64,000 bases of DNA, taken from NCBI GenBank assembly GCA_028023455.1, contig JAQFVV010000011.1, positions 1,054,001 to 1,118,000 of the forward strand, in the 5' to 3' direction. Made by a program: the position numbers and the translations under genes. Positions 11,961-24,510 of this stretch are shown here, one piece after another (position 1 is the first letter of the stretch; each line of letters opens with the position of its first letter). The stretch is from Epiperipatus broadwayi. Taxonomy: Eukaryota > Animalia > Onychophora. A model generated the notes under the pieces. That model worked only from the letters and a program-made list of their open reading frames with translations. It was not told the DNA's origin and made no database searches.

Positions 11961-13019
11961 ATCTAAGCTGTTAAAATATAGTACTTTTTTTTTAACTTCA
12001 AAAATTTCTATAAAAAACTAATTTCTGCTTTCTGAATATTTAACCACACATGCACAATATATACAGGAATGCTAAATAAACATTTTTTAAGTTTATAACT
12101 TTGCAAAATTTATTTATTATTTTAAAAATCATAAATACAATGTATGCATGAGTTTTTCTTATATCATATATGATTACAAGCATATTTAAAACTAAACACA
12201 AAATTTTAATTTAGGAAAAAAAAATCTATACTTTTTCTTTTTACGGAAGAATTATATTGCTTTATATGTTTTTTTCTTTTCTAACCTAAAAAGCAAAAAT
12301 CAGAGTAAACGATTTTTTTTTTTTTTGGAAGTAATAAAAATGCAAAACAAATTCTACACACAATAATATATATATAACTAAATAGAGAGAGAAAAAGTAT
12401 TATAAAAAATAGTTTATTGTGCTTTAAGCAAAATCAAAGAAATTGCCTAGAAAATAATTGCTTTGACTATTTACCTTAGATGAACTGGTTGGAGTGGGCA
12501 GGCACTAACTGATACCAATAGAATGGAAAACTCATATAGAAATTAATTGTCAAATTATTGGGAAAAAAATTATAGTTTAGTTTAAAATAATTAATCTTTC
12601 AAGAGAGAAATATTGTTTTAAAAAAGATTAAATATATATACAGGTAATAAAAATAGAATAGAAATTTAATGTTTTTTTTTTACAATTTATGTGATACTGT
12701 TCTCCCTGCACCATCAAAAATACTAAAAGGCATCTGTTTATGAATGTTCATAGCTTCTGAGTCCATGAGTAGTTTGACCAAGTTTGACATCCATAATATC
12801 ACTTATAATTTTATTATGATTTTGATCTAGTTTTCAGTTCAATAGAACTACAAAACATTATAAACTGAAAAAAATAAATGTATAGTGTTTAGTCCGTTTG
12901 TACCTTAAATAATTTGATACAGTGGGTAGAGTGGCAGGGTTTTGGAACAAAGTCCATGTATTGCACCCAACTCTTTCATTTTTAGTAGGCAAGAGATTTT
13001 TCTCTCTCTTGATGGCAAG

Positions 13020-14600
13020 ATCACGCCAAGTTTCAAGCCATTCAAGTCGATCCCTTAAGGATCTCCACTCACTGCCCTAGTCTTCTCAGCACACATCAAC
13101 CCTCTTCTGATGGATACAGAGAAAAACCTCCCAGGAATATTCCTTCCATCTCTCAATAAAAATTTCAAAGTATTTGCATATATAGATGACATCATGGTCG
13201 TGCTTCCCACCATTAAATACCTGCCCCATCTCATGAACATCTTAAACAGAAATACAATAAACTTGGCCTACAAATAAATTTTAACAAATCTTCCATCTGG
13301 AAGATAATGTCTGGCAAACAAATTAACTCCCCCTTTTCCACAAAACTCCAAAGATATCTAGGTTTCCCAATCTTCAAACCTCCAACACAATGGCAAGAGA
13401 GATTCAAGATGCAATCCTCCAATCAACCGAAGCCATCACCACTTCACTAATGCCAAAAATCTCATATCTTCCATTCATAAAAATGTCTAAACAGTTTCAA
13501 AATAAAATTAACCGATTATGCACCAAACTTCTCTGGAGAGAAAGGACCGCGCAGGTTCGATACAGGCAATCATTTTACAAAAAACCCACAACACTCTACA
13601 TAATCTTATCCTCTCCTATGGATACTCCAACATTATAAAAAAAATTACACCGACTGATCATCCTCCGCCTTTTTCCAGGTCATGGATAGCATTGTTAGTA
13701 GAACACCTATAACTTTATAACCCAGTGATGCCTCTAACCTTAACCAAAAAATCACATTATGGCAAGCATACAATCTAATCAACTATAATCAGCAACCCAT
13801 TAAAACCAGCCTAAATGTAACAAACCAAAGCCTAATTACACACTTCAAAAGATGGAGTCTGGAACCCAAATTCCTTGACTTCATCATTAAAATTAATCTT
13901 AATGCGCTTCCCATGAATTCGTTTCTTTATCACCGAAGAGGTTTTTCTAGCATTGACCCAATATGTGGTCTGTGTTCTCATGAAGATGAAACCATAGATC
14001 ATATTATACACTGGTGCCCAAGACTTAAAACACTGAAAGATATAAACATCAACTCCAACATAAGATCTGACATGATGTTCTCACTTGAAATGCCATTCAT
14101 AATGGAACTTTTGCAATAATAAGGCTTTCTACATTTGTCCTTTATATCATATGGATAGTGAGATGCAAATCTCTCATGGAACTACACCTGCCATAAATCA
14201 TACCATTGTTTTATCAAACACTCAAAAAAAGCAAGAAGCGTGATCAGCTCCTTGCCTCCAGTAAAATCTTTAACGACATCTGGTCTTTAACTGCTCTATC
14301 CTTTTCCTGATTATCAACTCCCACCTACCCAGCATTATAAATTAGGCAATTTTAAAGAAAATATTCATGTTTATATTGAAAATGCTAATACCATAAAACA
14401 AGTTCTTAGTTTTTCATATTCTACATAAATTTCTTCATTATACCCAACCACATAAGTGTATAACAATTGCGTTCTCATAACATAATGTAGCCAGACGGCA
14501 AACTGAACATTATTATAATCATGTTATTGTACAATTTATTTATTTATTTTTCTTTTATCAGGATGTAATCACTATTTATTGTTAATAAAAATTTTGTTGA
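13020..14600 (+). mobile_element. Second L1/Tx1-type 3' fragment (RT core to zf-RVT)
   Basis: P*GSPLTALVF (13053 onward), AYIDD (YIDD 13179-13190), GLQINFNKS, RYLGFPI and DPICGLCSHEDETIDHIIHWCP (about 13955-14020). Stops and frameshifts. Confidence 0.9.
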
Positions 14601-15458
14601 AATGAACTTCTTATGAATTACTAAGCAATAAAGCTATTAGATTATTCATTTATTCTTTTTGGATTTTTTTTAATATTATATACACATGTATATTTTTCAT
14701 AGTACAAACTATTTCTTAGGTTGCTATTTTTTTTTTTTTTTGTAGGAAATGTTTTTCCCCCTAAAGTATTACTTAAGTTTACCATAAATGTTTAGATTTG
14801 TAACTTTAGTGGAAGAATAATCAATTAATACAGAATATCTGTAACAAATCATAAAGTGTCAAATAAGATTAGTTACTCATTTAGGATTAAAACAAAGCCT
14901 ATCAAGCCATTACATATATTGTCACAAATGCGGGAGGGGGGGGATAATATAGCAGAAACAGCCATTCAGAAATAAGGGAATAAACATCCCAACTCCAAAA
15001 AGAGATGATATAGATCATGAATAACCTTTAATTTTCTCTTTTAACAAAAATCAATATGATTCTCTGATTCTAAATGCAAATGTGATTTCCTAAATACTGC
15101 ATCTTTTCAAAAGCAAATTATTTATTCTACTACACCTCTGCAGAACTGTAATAGAATAAACAGTTTGCTTTTGAAAAGTATCGAGTTAGCAGGTGTCATG
15201 GAATACCTTGTTTGGTTTTGTTTTTCCATCTTATTTATATTAATCTGTTCAAAAGATCAAGTAATATCTAAAAACTAAAGTGGTAAGTATGGAATATTAT
15301 CCAGCATCCCCTCTTTACCACTTTTAATTTGTAATTATAAATATGTGACTTTTTTCGCATATGTTAGTGAAGCTATAATTATACTATAACGTGTAATATG
15401 TCTGCTTAGCGCTTTCAAGATTTAATATTCAAATCTCATACTCATATCTCTACAAATG

Positions 15459-15564
15459 AGGGTTAGGGTTAGGGTTAGGGTTAGGGTTAGGGGTTAGGGT
15501 TAGGGTTAGGGTTAGGGGTTAGGGTTAGGGGTTAGGGTTAGGGTTAGGGTTAGGGTTAGGGTTA
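15459..15564 (+). repeat. Interstitial telomeric repeat (TTAGGG)n
   Basis: 16 complete units (13 TTAGGG and 3 TTAGGGG) plus partial units at each end. Confidence 0.97.
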
Positions 15565-15834
15565 TTGTACAATATGCAAATGAGTTTGAATTTTTAATTA
15601 GTTAGTCCATTGTTTGGAGAGAGCAAAACATGCCTCTCTTCTATTAATGGCACAGAGATCATTTACTACGTAAAAAGCTTCTTTGACTTTTCTTTTGGCA
15701 TCACTCTTCTCTGTGCAAATTATATATTTCGTTCATCATCAATTTTTGTATGTATAGGGATGAAAATAATTATATATAAGATAAAAAATTCATAAAATTA
15801 CCTATGCAATTATCTGTAGACATATAAATGCAGC

Positions 15835-16046
15835 CATTAATAATTTTTATTAGTCATTCATTAGAATAGAGATTATCAAATCACGAATGACATTTCTGAA
15901 GTGTAATTTTCACTATACCACTCTCATGAAAGATAGGGTCTGATTTTTATCAGTTTTTAACACCTTATGGAGGTAGGTAATCATAAACATATGATCAAAG
16001 ATATGTGAAAAATATAAATGATCCCCAAGTTGCACATTTCATGCCC
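15835..16046 (-). repeat. Family B partial monomer, 5'-truncated within the HHR
   Basis: Matches 21370-21575. Ends at GCAU-GAAA-UGUGCA-AC-UUGGGGAUC (3' half of the HHR only). Confidence 0.8.
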
Positions 16047-18506
16047 AGAGAAACCTGTAAGCTTTTTCCCTTCTTTTTACACCCCCCTCCTAAGTTTTTC
16101 CCATATTCTTTATCTTGCTCCATCTTATAGGTACTGCCATTAAGATGAGTAATATAAATGTAAAATTTATGAATTTTGATTTTTTAAAATGTTTTTCTCA
16201 AAATACAGATTAATCCATCAGAAGGTTTTGAGATATCACATACTATGATCAAAGTGTATCCAATTTTGGATTCAGGCATTTAGTGTAGACACTTTTTATA
16301 ATATAGCAGCATATTATTTAGTGATAGAAAATCCAAATCCTAAGAAATCTATTTTTAGAGTACTTAAATCACAACTCCAAGTAAAATTAGCAGTGTTTTA
16401 AGGATGTAGTTCCTAGAAATTATGTTGGAACTAATCTTTTTTAGATAAGCAAGTTAAGCTATACTCTATGTTCATTTCTGAGCAACCTAATTACAGTGGA
16501 GTACTTTGGTCTTTTGTCGCACAAAGTTTACATTCAGTCTTGAAGGTGCTTTCTTTTTGTTTTGATGGAAAGTTAAAAATACATCTTTCTTTATGAGATT
16601 AAAGATAAGATTTTATTTTTGAAAATAATATCTAAACTTTTCATATCCTTATTAATTAGAAATCAAATCAGAAATTTTGAATACTGGAATTTTAAAAGAA
16701 ACAAGACCGCAGTTCGACATTAAATGGAAAATAAAAATACTGACCGAAGATAATTTTTTTGTTAAAAATTAATTTAAATAAAACTTATTAGACAAACTAC
16801 TTATTATACGTACATATGAAAAGGTCTTGTGGCATTTTAATTAGCACATCTATCCTTAGAGCCATGACTTGAAAATCTTAATCAGCTGTTAATCAAGCCT
16901 AGGAGTTTCCTCAGATGGCTAATTATTCTTAGTCAGAAGAGTAAAACAAAAACGAAAAAATATTTTTTATTATTCACTATTTCTCTGTAGAAAATTGAAA
17001 GAGAGGCTTATGCTTTCTATTTTTACTTAAATATTGCAATTATTTTTTTCTATAGTAAAAATCAATCGGTTATGATAGATCAAGTATTGTCACACTTTTA
17101 CAGGCAGAGAAATGTTAAATTATGTGTATAAGATAAAATACACAAATATAATAATGAAATATGAGGGTGTACAAGATAATTACCTTTTTTATAATAAAAA
17201 ATCAACGGATAGTGATGGATGCACTGAAATGAACGAATGTGTTTGGATAAGATAAAATGCACATATGGGATTTTCAAGATTGTTTTAGTAACATTCAGTG
17301 TATAATAATTATCTATATAAAAGTTTATTACAAAGTAATATAAAAAATAATACGCACACAAGATGTATCTTATTAACATTTCATTAGTAGCAACCATTCG
17401 TAAATAAGTAAAAACATTCTAAGGTAAAAAAAAAAAGAGAGAAAGAGAATGAGTACAAATAAAAAAAACATGAAGATATATATAAAAAATGAGACAGAAT
17501 TGCAATTCATGTAAATAAAGAATGAAAATATAGTTTCAGAAACACAGACACTGTTATAGTTCACAAACTTGATTAACGGTATGACTTGGACTTTTACTAA
17601 TGTGAGTAACTAAAGACTATAATATAAAAAAAATGTTATTAAATTGACTCTATATTCATATAATTATTAACGTTACACCAGCAATTTATACTTGATATTA
17701 AAATATGACTTATCTCTTCAAATAAACACATGCATTAATATATTCAAATGATATAAACAGATTTTATAAGCATCGTTCTTAAACAAAATAGTAAACAAAC
17801 GAACTTAAGTATTACTTTTTAAAAACAATAAACATCGTATTTACAACGCCATTATTATTATTCCCGTTAATTGCCTGTAATCAGGATTGAACTGGACCAG
17901 CAGGATATCTGGACTTTTATGGGTAGGCCACCATTCAATAGTAATATATTACGAATAAAATACAATATTAATTTCATAAATGTACACTAATATAATTTAC
18001 ATTTAGTTAATATAATAAGTCTACTTTCAAAATTTTGGCTTTTATCAGACCCTCTCTCATCTGCTAAAAGTTTATAAAAATCAGTCTCTACCTTGTATGA
18101 GAATGGTATAATGAAAGATATTGATTTGCTAACATGAACCTGGAAATTCAGATATTTGATACATCTAACTCACCTAAAGAGCAAAGGTTGTTCATGAAAT
18201 GGCATAGTGAGAGAGGATGGACTGAATACATGTGAAAATGGGTGGTGAAGTTGAAATGAGAGCAGCATTGGTAAAAACCAAAAAAAAATGGAAAGTATTT
18301 GTATCATATAAACTTAATGCAATGAAAATGAAAGTCTTAAAATTAGGAAGTGTTTTTAATGGCTGTGGCTTATAATGTAACCTTTCCCAGGGTCTAGTTT
18401 CTAATGCAATACAGGCCTCTTACCACCTATCACTATAAATTAGTTTTTATTAAACCAGCAAACATCACATGATCACATCTCCAATACTAGCACATAATTG
18501 TTTATA

Positions 18507-18649
18507 AACAAAGCAAAGCAAAACTCCATATAGTAGTACCACCTGTGCTGGCATTAGATGGGGATTTTATGCACAAGCCTTCTGGCATCCATTGATTACT
18601 CTGTTTAGCACAGGTGGCACTACTATATGGAGTTTTGCTTTGCTTTGTT
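18507..18649. repeat. Family C fold-back
   Basis: Arms 18507-18549 / 18607-18649 (AACAAAGCAAAGCAAAACTCCATATAGTAGTACCACCTGTGCT / AGCACAGGTGGCACTACTATATGGAGTTTTGCTTTGCTTTGTT) around family C core sequence. Confidence 0.8.
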
Positions 18650-19199
18650 AGTTTTTATTAGTTAGCGAATATTTGTATTGATTTACAAACTGATAAAAAT
18701 AGAATGTCTAAAAAATAAACACTTCTTTTAAATATTCTGAAAGGAAAACATACTTTATGAAAATAATTATTAATTTTTATTGAAGCTCAATCAAGAAAAA
18801 AAATTAGAAAAGTTACTAAGAAACTTAATAGCATTAGAAGAAACTTCAATTTTTAAAGAATGATCAAGCTCACGTATTACAATATCTCTTGCACATCAAA
18901 ATTTCCTTTTTAACAAATAAAAAAAAATGTAGATAAAAGAGTTTATTAATATTTCCTGTAAAATCCTACATCTGAAAGCACTAATTCTTCCCTGAAGATT
19001 GACATTTATGAACCTCCAAATAATTTATGGAAATACCACCTGTTAATATAGTGCCACTAATATTAAAAGATTCTCAAAGCATAATAATGTTAATAACTTT
19101 TCTAATTTAATAATAAATAGTCAAAACTCTGTGATCAGAAGAAAAACTCATCTCAAAAACTTATAGTCTATTTCTCCAGTATCAGTTCTTCCAGTTAAT

Positions 19200-19290
19200 G
19201 TGAGCATAAGAAATTTCTACTCATTGTTGTCCTTTTCATATATCTAGACCAGTTTCAAGCTTATGACTTTTATCAGTCAGGAGTTTGGGA
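19200..19290 (-). repeat. Degenerate family D-like HHR remnant
   Basis: Minus strand CUGAUAA-AAGUCAUAAGCUU-GAAA-CUGG-UC-UAGA at about 19245-19285. Confidence 0.4.
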
Positions 19291-20087
19291 AGTGTGATTT
19301 AGTAAGTATTGTGTAAGTTGGGACACATGGTGTAAGTTAAATGAATTCTGGAGAAAGGTTCTCCATACAAATGTGACTCCAATCTCTTCAATCTTTAGCA
19401 TGCCCCATCTGATTTGTTATAGAGCCAGATTTGGAAACTCTGACGCTTAAAATCCATAAACAACAGCCCAGTTCTGTCACTTTTATTGCTAATGTTTTAG
19501 CAATAAACCATTCAATTACTTGTATTTTTAATCTTTAGTATCATTGAAAGTATGGATTCAGTAAATGAGGGAATTTGTTTCATTGTTTAACCTATATTTA
19601 AAAAGACTTGATGGACTTAAACTCATCTTTTATACTTTTATCTGCAGTGGTTTTGTTTTCACTGAATGCAAAATGATTTTTTTTTAAAAAATTGCAGAAA
19701 TGATAATAAACAAATTAAACACAAAAGTTGTGCTATAGAACAAACAGATCTACCTACATCATTTCAGCAGAATGATCACACAGGTCTATCTATATCATTT
19801 CAGTAAGGTGATTCAAACACCCACTGATTTAATAATAACTACAACAGAATATTGAAAAAATTATAAATCTGCACTTTGTGTCTTAGTATTTCTAAGCATG
19901 CTTTTGAAAATTGAGTTAAATTTGAATATATTTATTTATTTAAAGATGTCTAAGGCTATAAGCTTCTGTGTTTTAAGTATTATAAGCTTTAACATATCAC
20001 TTGAATTAGTGTGTTGACAATTGTAAAAATGAAATATTATCAAATTTACCACTTCCTTTATTTTGCTGTAATATTTTATCTAAATAC

Positions 20088-20193
20088 ACAATCTTACATC
20101 TCGACTGTCCTGCAGTCTTCTTCAGAGCCACTTTATTTTAATTAAAATAGTTGCTCTGAAGAAGACTGCAGGACAGTTGAAATGTAAGATTGT
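20088..20193. ncRNA. Palindromic pair of minimal hammerhead-like motifs (head-to-head)
   Basis: Arms ACAATCTTACATCTCGACTGTCCTGCAGTCTTCTTCAGAGC / GCTCTGAAGAAGACTGCAGGACAGTTGAAATGTAAGATTGT. Each arm reads CUGAAGA-A-GACUG-CAGGA-CAGU(C/U)-GA(G/A)A-UG-UA. Confidence 0.65.
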
Positions 20194-20518
20194 ATATGCA
20201 TATAGGTACAATAAAAGCTTTTTGCTAAAAAGTGTTCAAATAGTGGATTGTAATAATGCTTAAATTTGATAGGTTCAACCATTTTTATAATAATCATAGT
20301 TTCATTGGAGAATGTTCTTCTATAAGAGAAAACCTTCTTTCTTTATGTATGTCAGAGAAAGTATCCAATCATAAAGTTTATAATCTATCATTATTAAATA
20401 ATGATTCAATTTAAATACATCAGAACACATCTGGTTTAGATAGTGATGTCACTAATGAAATAATAAATGATATATTAATACAGTGAAGATGCATATATTC
20501 ACTGCTCTCAATCAGATA

Positions 20519-20685
<167 letters not shown>

Positions 20686-21029
20686 TTTACAAGACATAAT
20701 TTATTAAGGACATTTATTCAAACTTGCAAAAGCATTAGAGCAAAAAATGAATCATTTATGTCTAACTTCCATGCTGTTATACGAATAATAAATCAATCGT
20801 TGATATTCAAAGGAGTAAAACTTTATATTAGAAATGATCGTTATAGTGTCTAAATCAAACAAGCTTAATTATTATTTGAGATCAGAAGTATTATAAACTT
20901 TCACTTTTTTGAGAATTAATGATTAATTTATTATCTATATATCAGGATGGAAGTTATTTAAAATGAGTCCATTTTATGTTTGATGAATAAATTAGCATGG
21001 CTACAAGAAATAGAGCATCCTTTACAATA

Positions 21030-21905
21030 TTAATAATTATTATTAGTCATTCATAAGACTAGAAATTATTCATTTAATGAATAATGTATCTGTCACTACA
21101 TCACTTTTATTTAAGGTAGGGAATGGGTTTTATCCACTCTTAGCACCTTGTAGAGGAGTGTAATCATAAACAAATGATCAAAGTCATGTGAAAAAAATGT
21201 ACACATTTCATGCTGAATCAGCACTCATAAAGTTGGTCCAAAACACAAACTTTTACACATATCTGGTCATTGTTCAGTATACATAGATAGCAAATTACTA
21301 CAATTTAATTGATAAGTGTCAAACTTATTGCCCTCACAACTTTGACACAAACTACTTGATGAAAATGTATTAATAATTTTTATTAGTCATTCATTAGACT
21401 AGAGATTATCCACTTAATGAATAATATTTCTGTAGTGTAATTTTCACTATTCCACTCTCATGCAAGGTAGGGACTGGTTTCTATCCACTTTTAACACCTT
21501 GTGGAGGGTGTAATCATAAAGATATGACCAAAGACATGTGAAAAAAATGTATGATCTCCAAGGTGCACATTTAATGCTGAGCCAACACTCATCAGTTGGC
21601 CAGAGCATAGTCTCTTACACATATCTTTATTATTACTCAATAGCATATATATAGATAGCCAATTACTACACTTTAATTGATATTGATAAAGATATATATA
21701 AAAGATTATAATCTGGGCCAACTGATGAGTGCTGGTTCATCACAAAATGTATATCTTGGGGATCATACATCTTTTTCATGTCTTAGATAATATTTATGAT
21801 TACACTACTCTACAAGATATTAAAAGCAGAGAGAAATCAGTCTCTACTCTAGGTGAGAGTGGTTTAGTAAAAATTATACTGCAAAAATATTATTCATTAC
21901 TTCTT
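21030..21905. repeat. Family B cluster: two minus-strand tandem monomers (period 340 bp) plus one plus-strand copy head-to-head
   Basis: TATTAGTCATTCA at 21041 and 21381. HHR motifs at about 21205-21240 (-), 21555-21600 (-) and 21722-21760 (+), each with core substitutions. Confidence 0.85.
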
Positions 21906-23482
21906 AACTACTTTATAAAACATTTGCTTCAATCCTGTTTCGTTATTAAAAATGTTTTAACACTTTTTGAATCATTATAATATAATAAACCTGACTAACA
22001 CTTCTGCTTATATTCTTATTAAAAACAATATTCTAAATTTAATTTACTTGCTTTCAGTCCTAAATAATTTCCTATTAATTTTGTCTCTCTCTAGTGATAA
22101 TGTAATTCTTTCAATATATGCAAGAACTCTTTTTTATTCCCCCACTGCCCACTTTTCCATGTTTTCTGTTTTTTTTCTTCCTATTTCACCTCTCTTAATC
22201 TTTTCATACTTTATTTTATTACACCACTTTCTATCTTTCATCTATCATCTTTATTTTTCCATTTCTTTCTTCTTGCTCTTTTCTGATTACTAATTAAAAT
22301 AATTTAAAAAAAATTCAGAATGTGCACTAATAGCTTTAATTTTATAATAAAATAATCTTGGAATGAAAAGTATAGAGGCATATCTTTTCTTATATGTGCA
22401 ATCAGTATTCTGTTAACCCTTTTATTTATAGCTTAATAATTTTTACCAGTCAGACAAAATACTTCTTAAATTTGTACCATTGTAGATATTATTTTAACAT
22501 TTATTACGATTTTAAATAACACTTTTTTTTAAAACTTAAACATAAATAAAAATAAGCACTAAAAATTAATAAACACAGTACAAATTATATAAACATAGTT
22601 TAAAATAAAATTTCAGATAAAAATGTGTTTAGTAAATATTTGTAAATTAATGAACCTAATTGCTAAGAGTGCAAAGTTGTTTTTTTTTTAATTTTCATTA
22701 CTAAATAATAAAAATTTATAATTAAACTTGAAATAATAATAAAAAAAAAAATTTCCAGGACTTAATTATAAAGGTCTTCTTTGTGTTTTTTATTATTTTA
22801 AAACTAAACAAATCTAAAAAAAAAAAAAAGTGCAACACGAAGTTATCGTTTTTAAAACTTAAAAAGTAATTCTTAACAAAAAAATGTTGATGCATAATTT
22901 ATCAATTAGCTTTCATTAATAATTTATACTTAAGCCTATATATTATCCGAATCATGATTGTAAATATAAAAGATAATTAACATTCTCCTTCTGTTTTCAA
23001 GTAAACTCAACCAACATTTTGGTTAAAATGTATCAGAGGTAAAGTCAGTAAACTCACCACACTGGCTTATATGCACCATCCATTGCTCATCTACATATAA
23101 ATTAACCTCACTCTTACAAGAATTTTCAGATGACAACAAAAAAGAAATAATAAAGACAAATGCTAAAAAATCTAAAATAATGGTGAGATTTTTTTTTTAA
23201 AAGAGAAAAATTGATGGTAATGAATATAAATATCTTGATCAGATTGTTAGTACAGATAGAAATATAACAAACGTAATTAATCATAGAATTAAATAGTTTT
23301 TGATGGAAGCAAGTTTCTATTAAAAAGAAATATATATTTGAAAAGTTTTGTATTAAATGTGCAAAACGTCATTTACTTAAATCTTTTAAGACTTTGGTAC
23401 TTGATAAAAAAGAGTTTGGATTATACAGTGAAGTATAGAGAAATGTATTGGGAATAACAATGAGAACTGACTTCATTTAAAG

Positions 23483-23858
23483 CAGGGGTCCCCAACCCTA
23501 TGCCCGCAGACCATTTTACGTGTGCCCGCTGCTATCCGAACACGATAAAAAATTATTTATCTGATACAAATAAATTTTTTAAAATTTCTTATAAATTATT
23601 GTATTATATTGTAATCAAATTGTAGGACATACGATACTTTTACAGCATAAAAATATAAATGTTAATTATATGTTAAAATTTTATTTTTTAAATAAATATT
23701 TTTTTATGCATTATGTTTATTATTAATAATATCCAACTATAAATTTACATTGAAAAAATAAATGGTACCCGCCATCTTGTTGAAAAAAATAAATGGTGCC
23801 CGCCACCTGCCTGGTATTATAGAATGTGCTCTTAAGTGCAAAAGGTTGGGGAACCCTG
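23483..23858. mobile_element. hAT (Charlie-like) MITE
   Basis: TIRs CAGGGGTCCCCAACC / GGTTGGGGAACCCTG; exact 8-bp TSD ATTTAAAG (23475-23482, 23859-23866). Confidence 0.92.
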
Positions 23859-24010
23859 ATTTAAAGAATTAAGAAGCAGAATGCATGGTGAAAAAATAAG
23901 ATATTATAAATTTCATTTAAAGAATTAAGAAACAGTAAGTAGTAAATAAAATAAAGTTATACACCACATGACTTAATTTGATAAGCTTGTAATTATAAAC
24001 TAAAATAAAG

Positions 24011-24270
24011 AGCATGCTAATAGTTCTAACAAGCTTTATCGATAAATGCCACAAGAGAAAGCATTTAAAATTTCTATCTAGAAATTATGTACAGCCCCAG
24101 ACTGTTTTCTAGCTATTGGCATTCCTCAGTGAGGCACTAGAATATTTAAGATATCCTAGCACCTCACTGAGAAAAGTCAATAGCTAAAAACCAGTCTGGG
24201 GATAATTTCTAGATAGAAAGTTTTCTCATGGCATTTATCGATAAAGCTTATTAGAGCTATTTAGCATGCT
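24011..24270. mobile_element. Family D palindrome carrying two head-to-head degenerate HHRs
   Basis: Arms AGCATGCTAA...CAGTGAGGCACTAG / CTAGCACCTCACTG...TTAGCATGCT. Minus strand CCUCA-CUGAGGA...GAAA-ACAG-UC-UGGGG (24095-24135); plus strand CCUCA-CUGAGA...AAAA-CCAG-UC-UGGGG (24162-24200). Confidence 0.75.
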
Positions 24271-24510
24271 GAAGATCGAAAGATTATAAAAATGGCTAAA
24301 AAGGAATCTTTCCAGAATGAGGTGCAGAAGAAAAGCTATTGATTAGAGAAATTGGTCTGAATTTCGAGTAAGGACTAGGTGTGCAAGGGTGTGGCAGACT
24401 TATAGGAATATAAAGACAAAAAAATTATTTTGTTGTTTAATTTTACATTACTGCAAATGAATCATCCATGTTGCAGACAATGGTAATATATATTATCAAT
24501 AAAATATTAG

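Noticed and set aside
15459-15564. True chromosome end
   Set aside because: Short array with unique sequence continuing on both sides.
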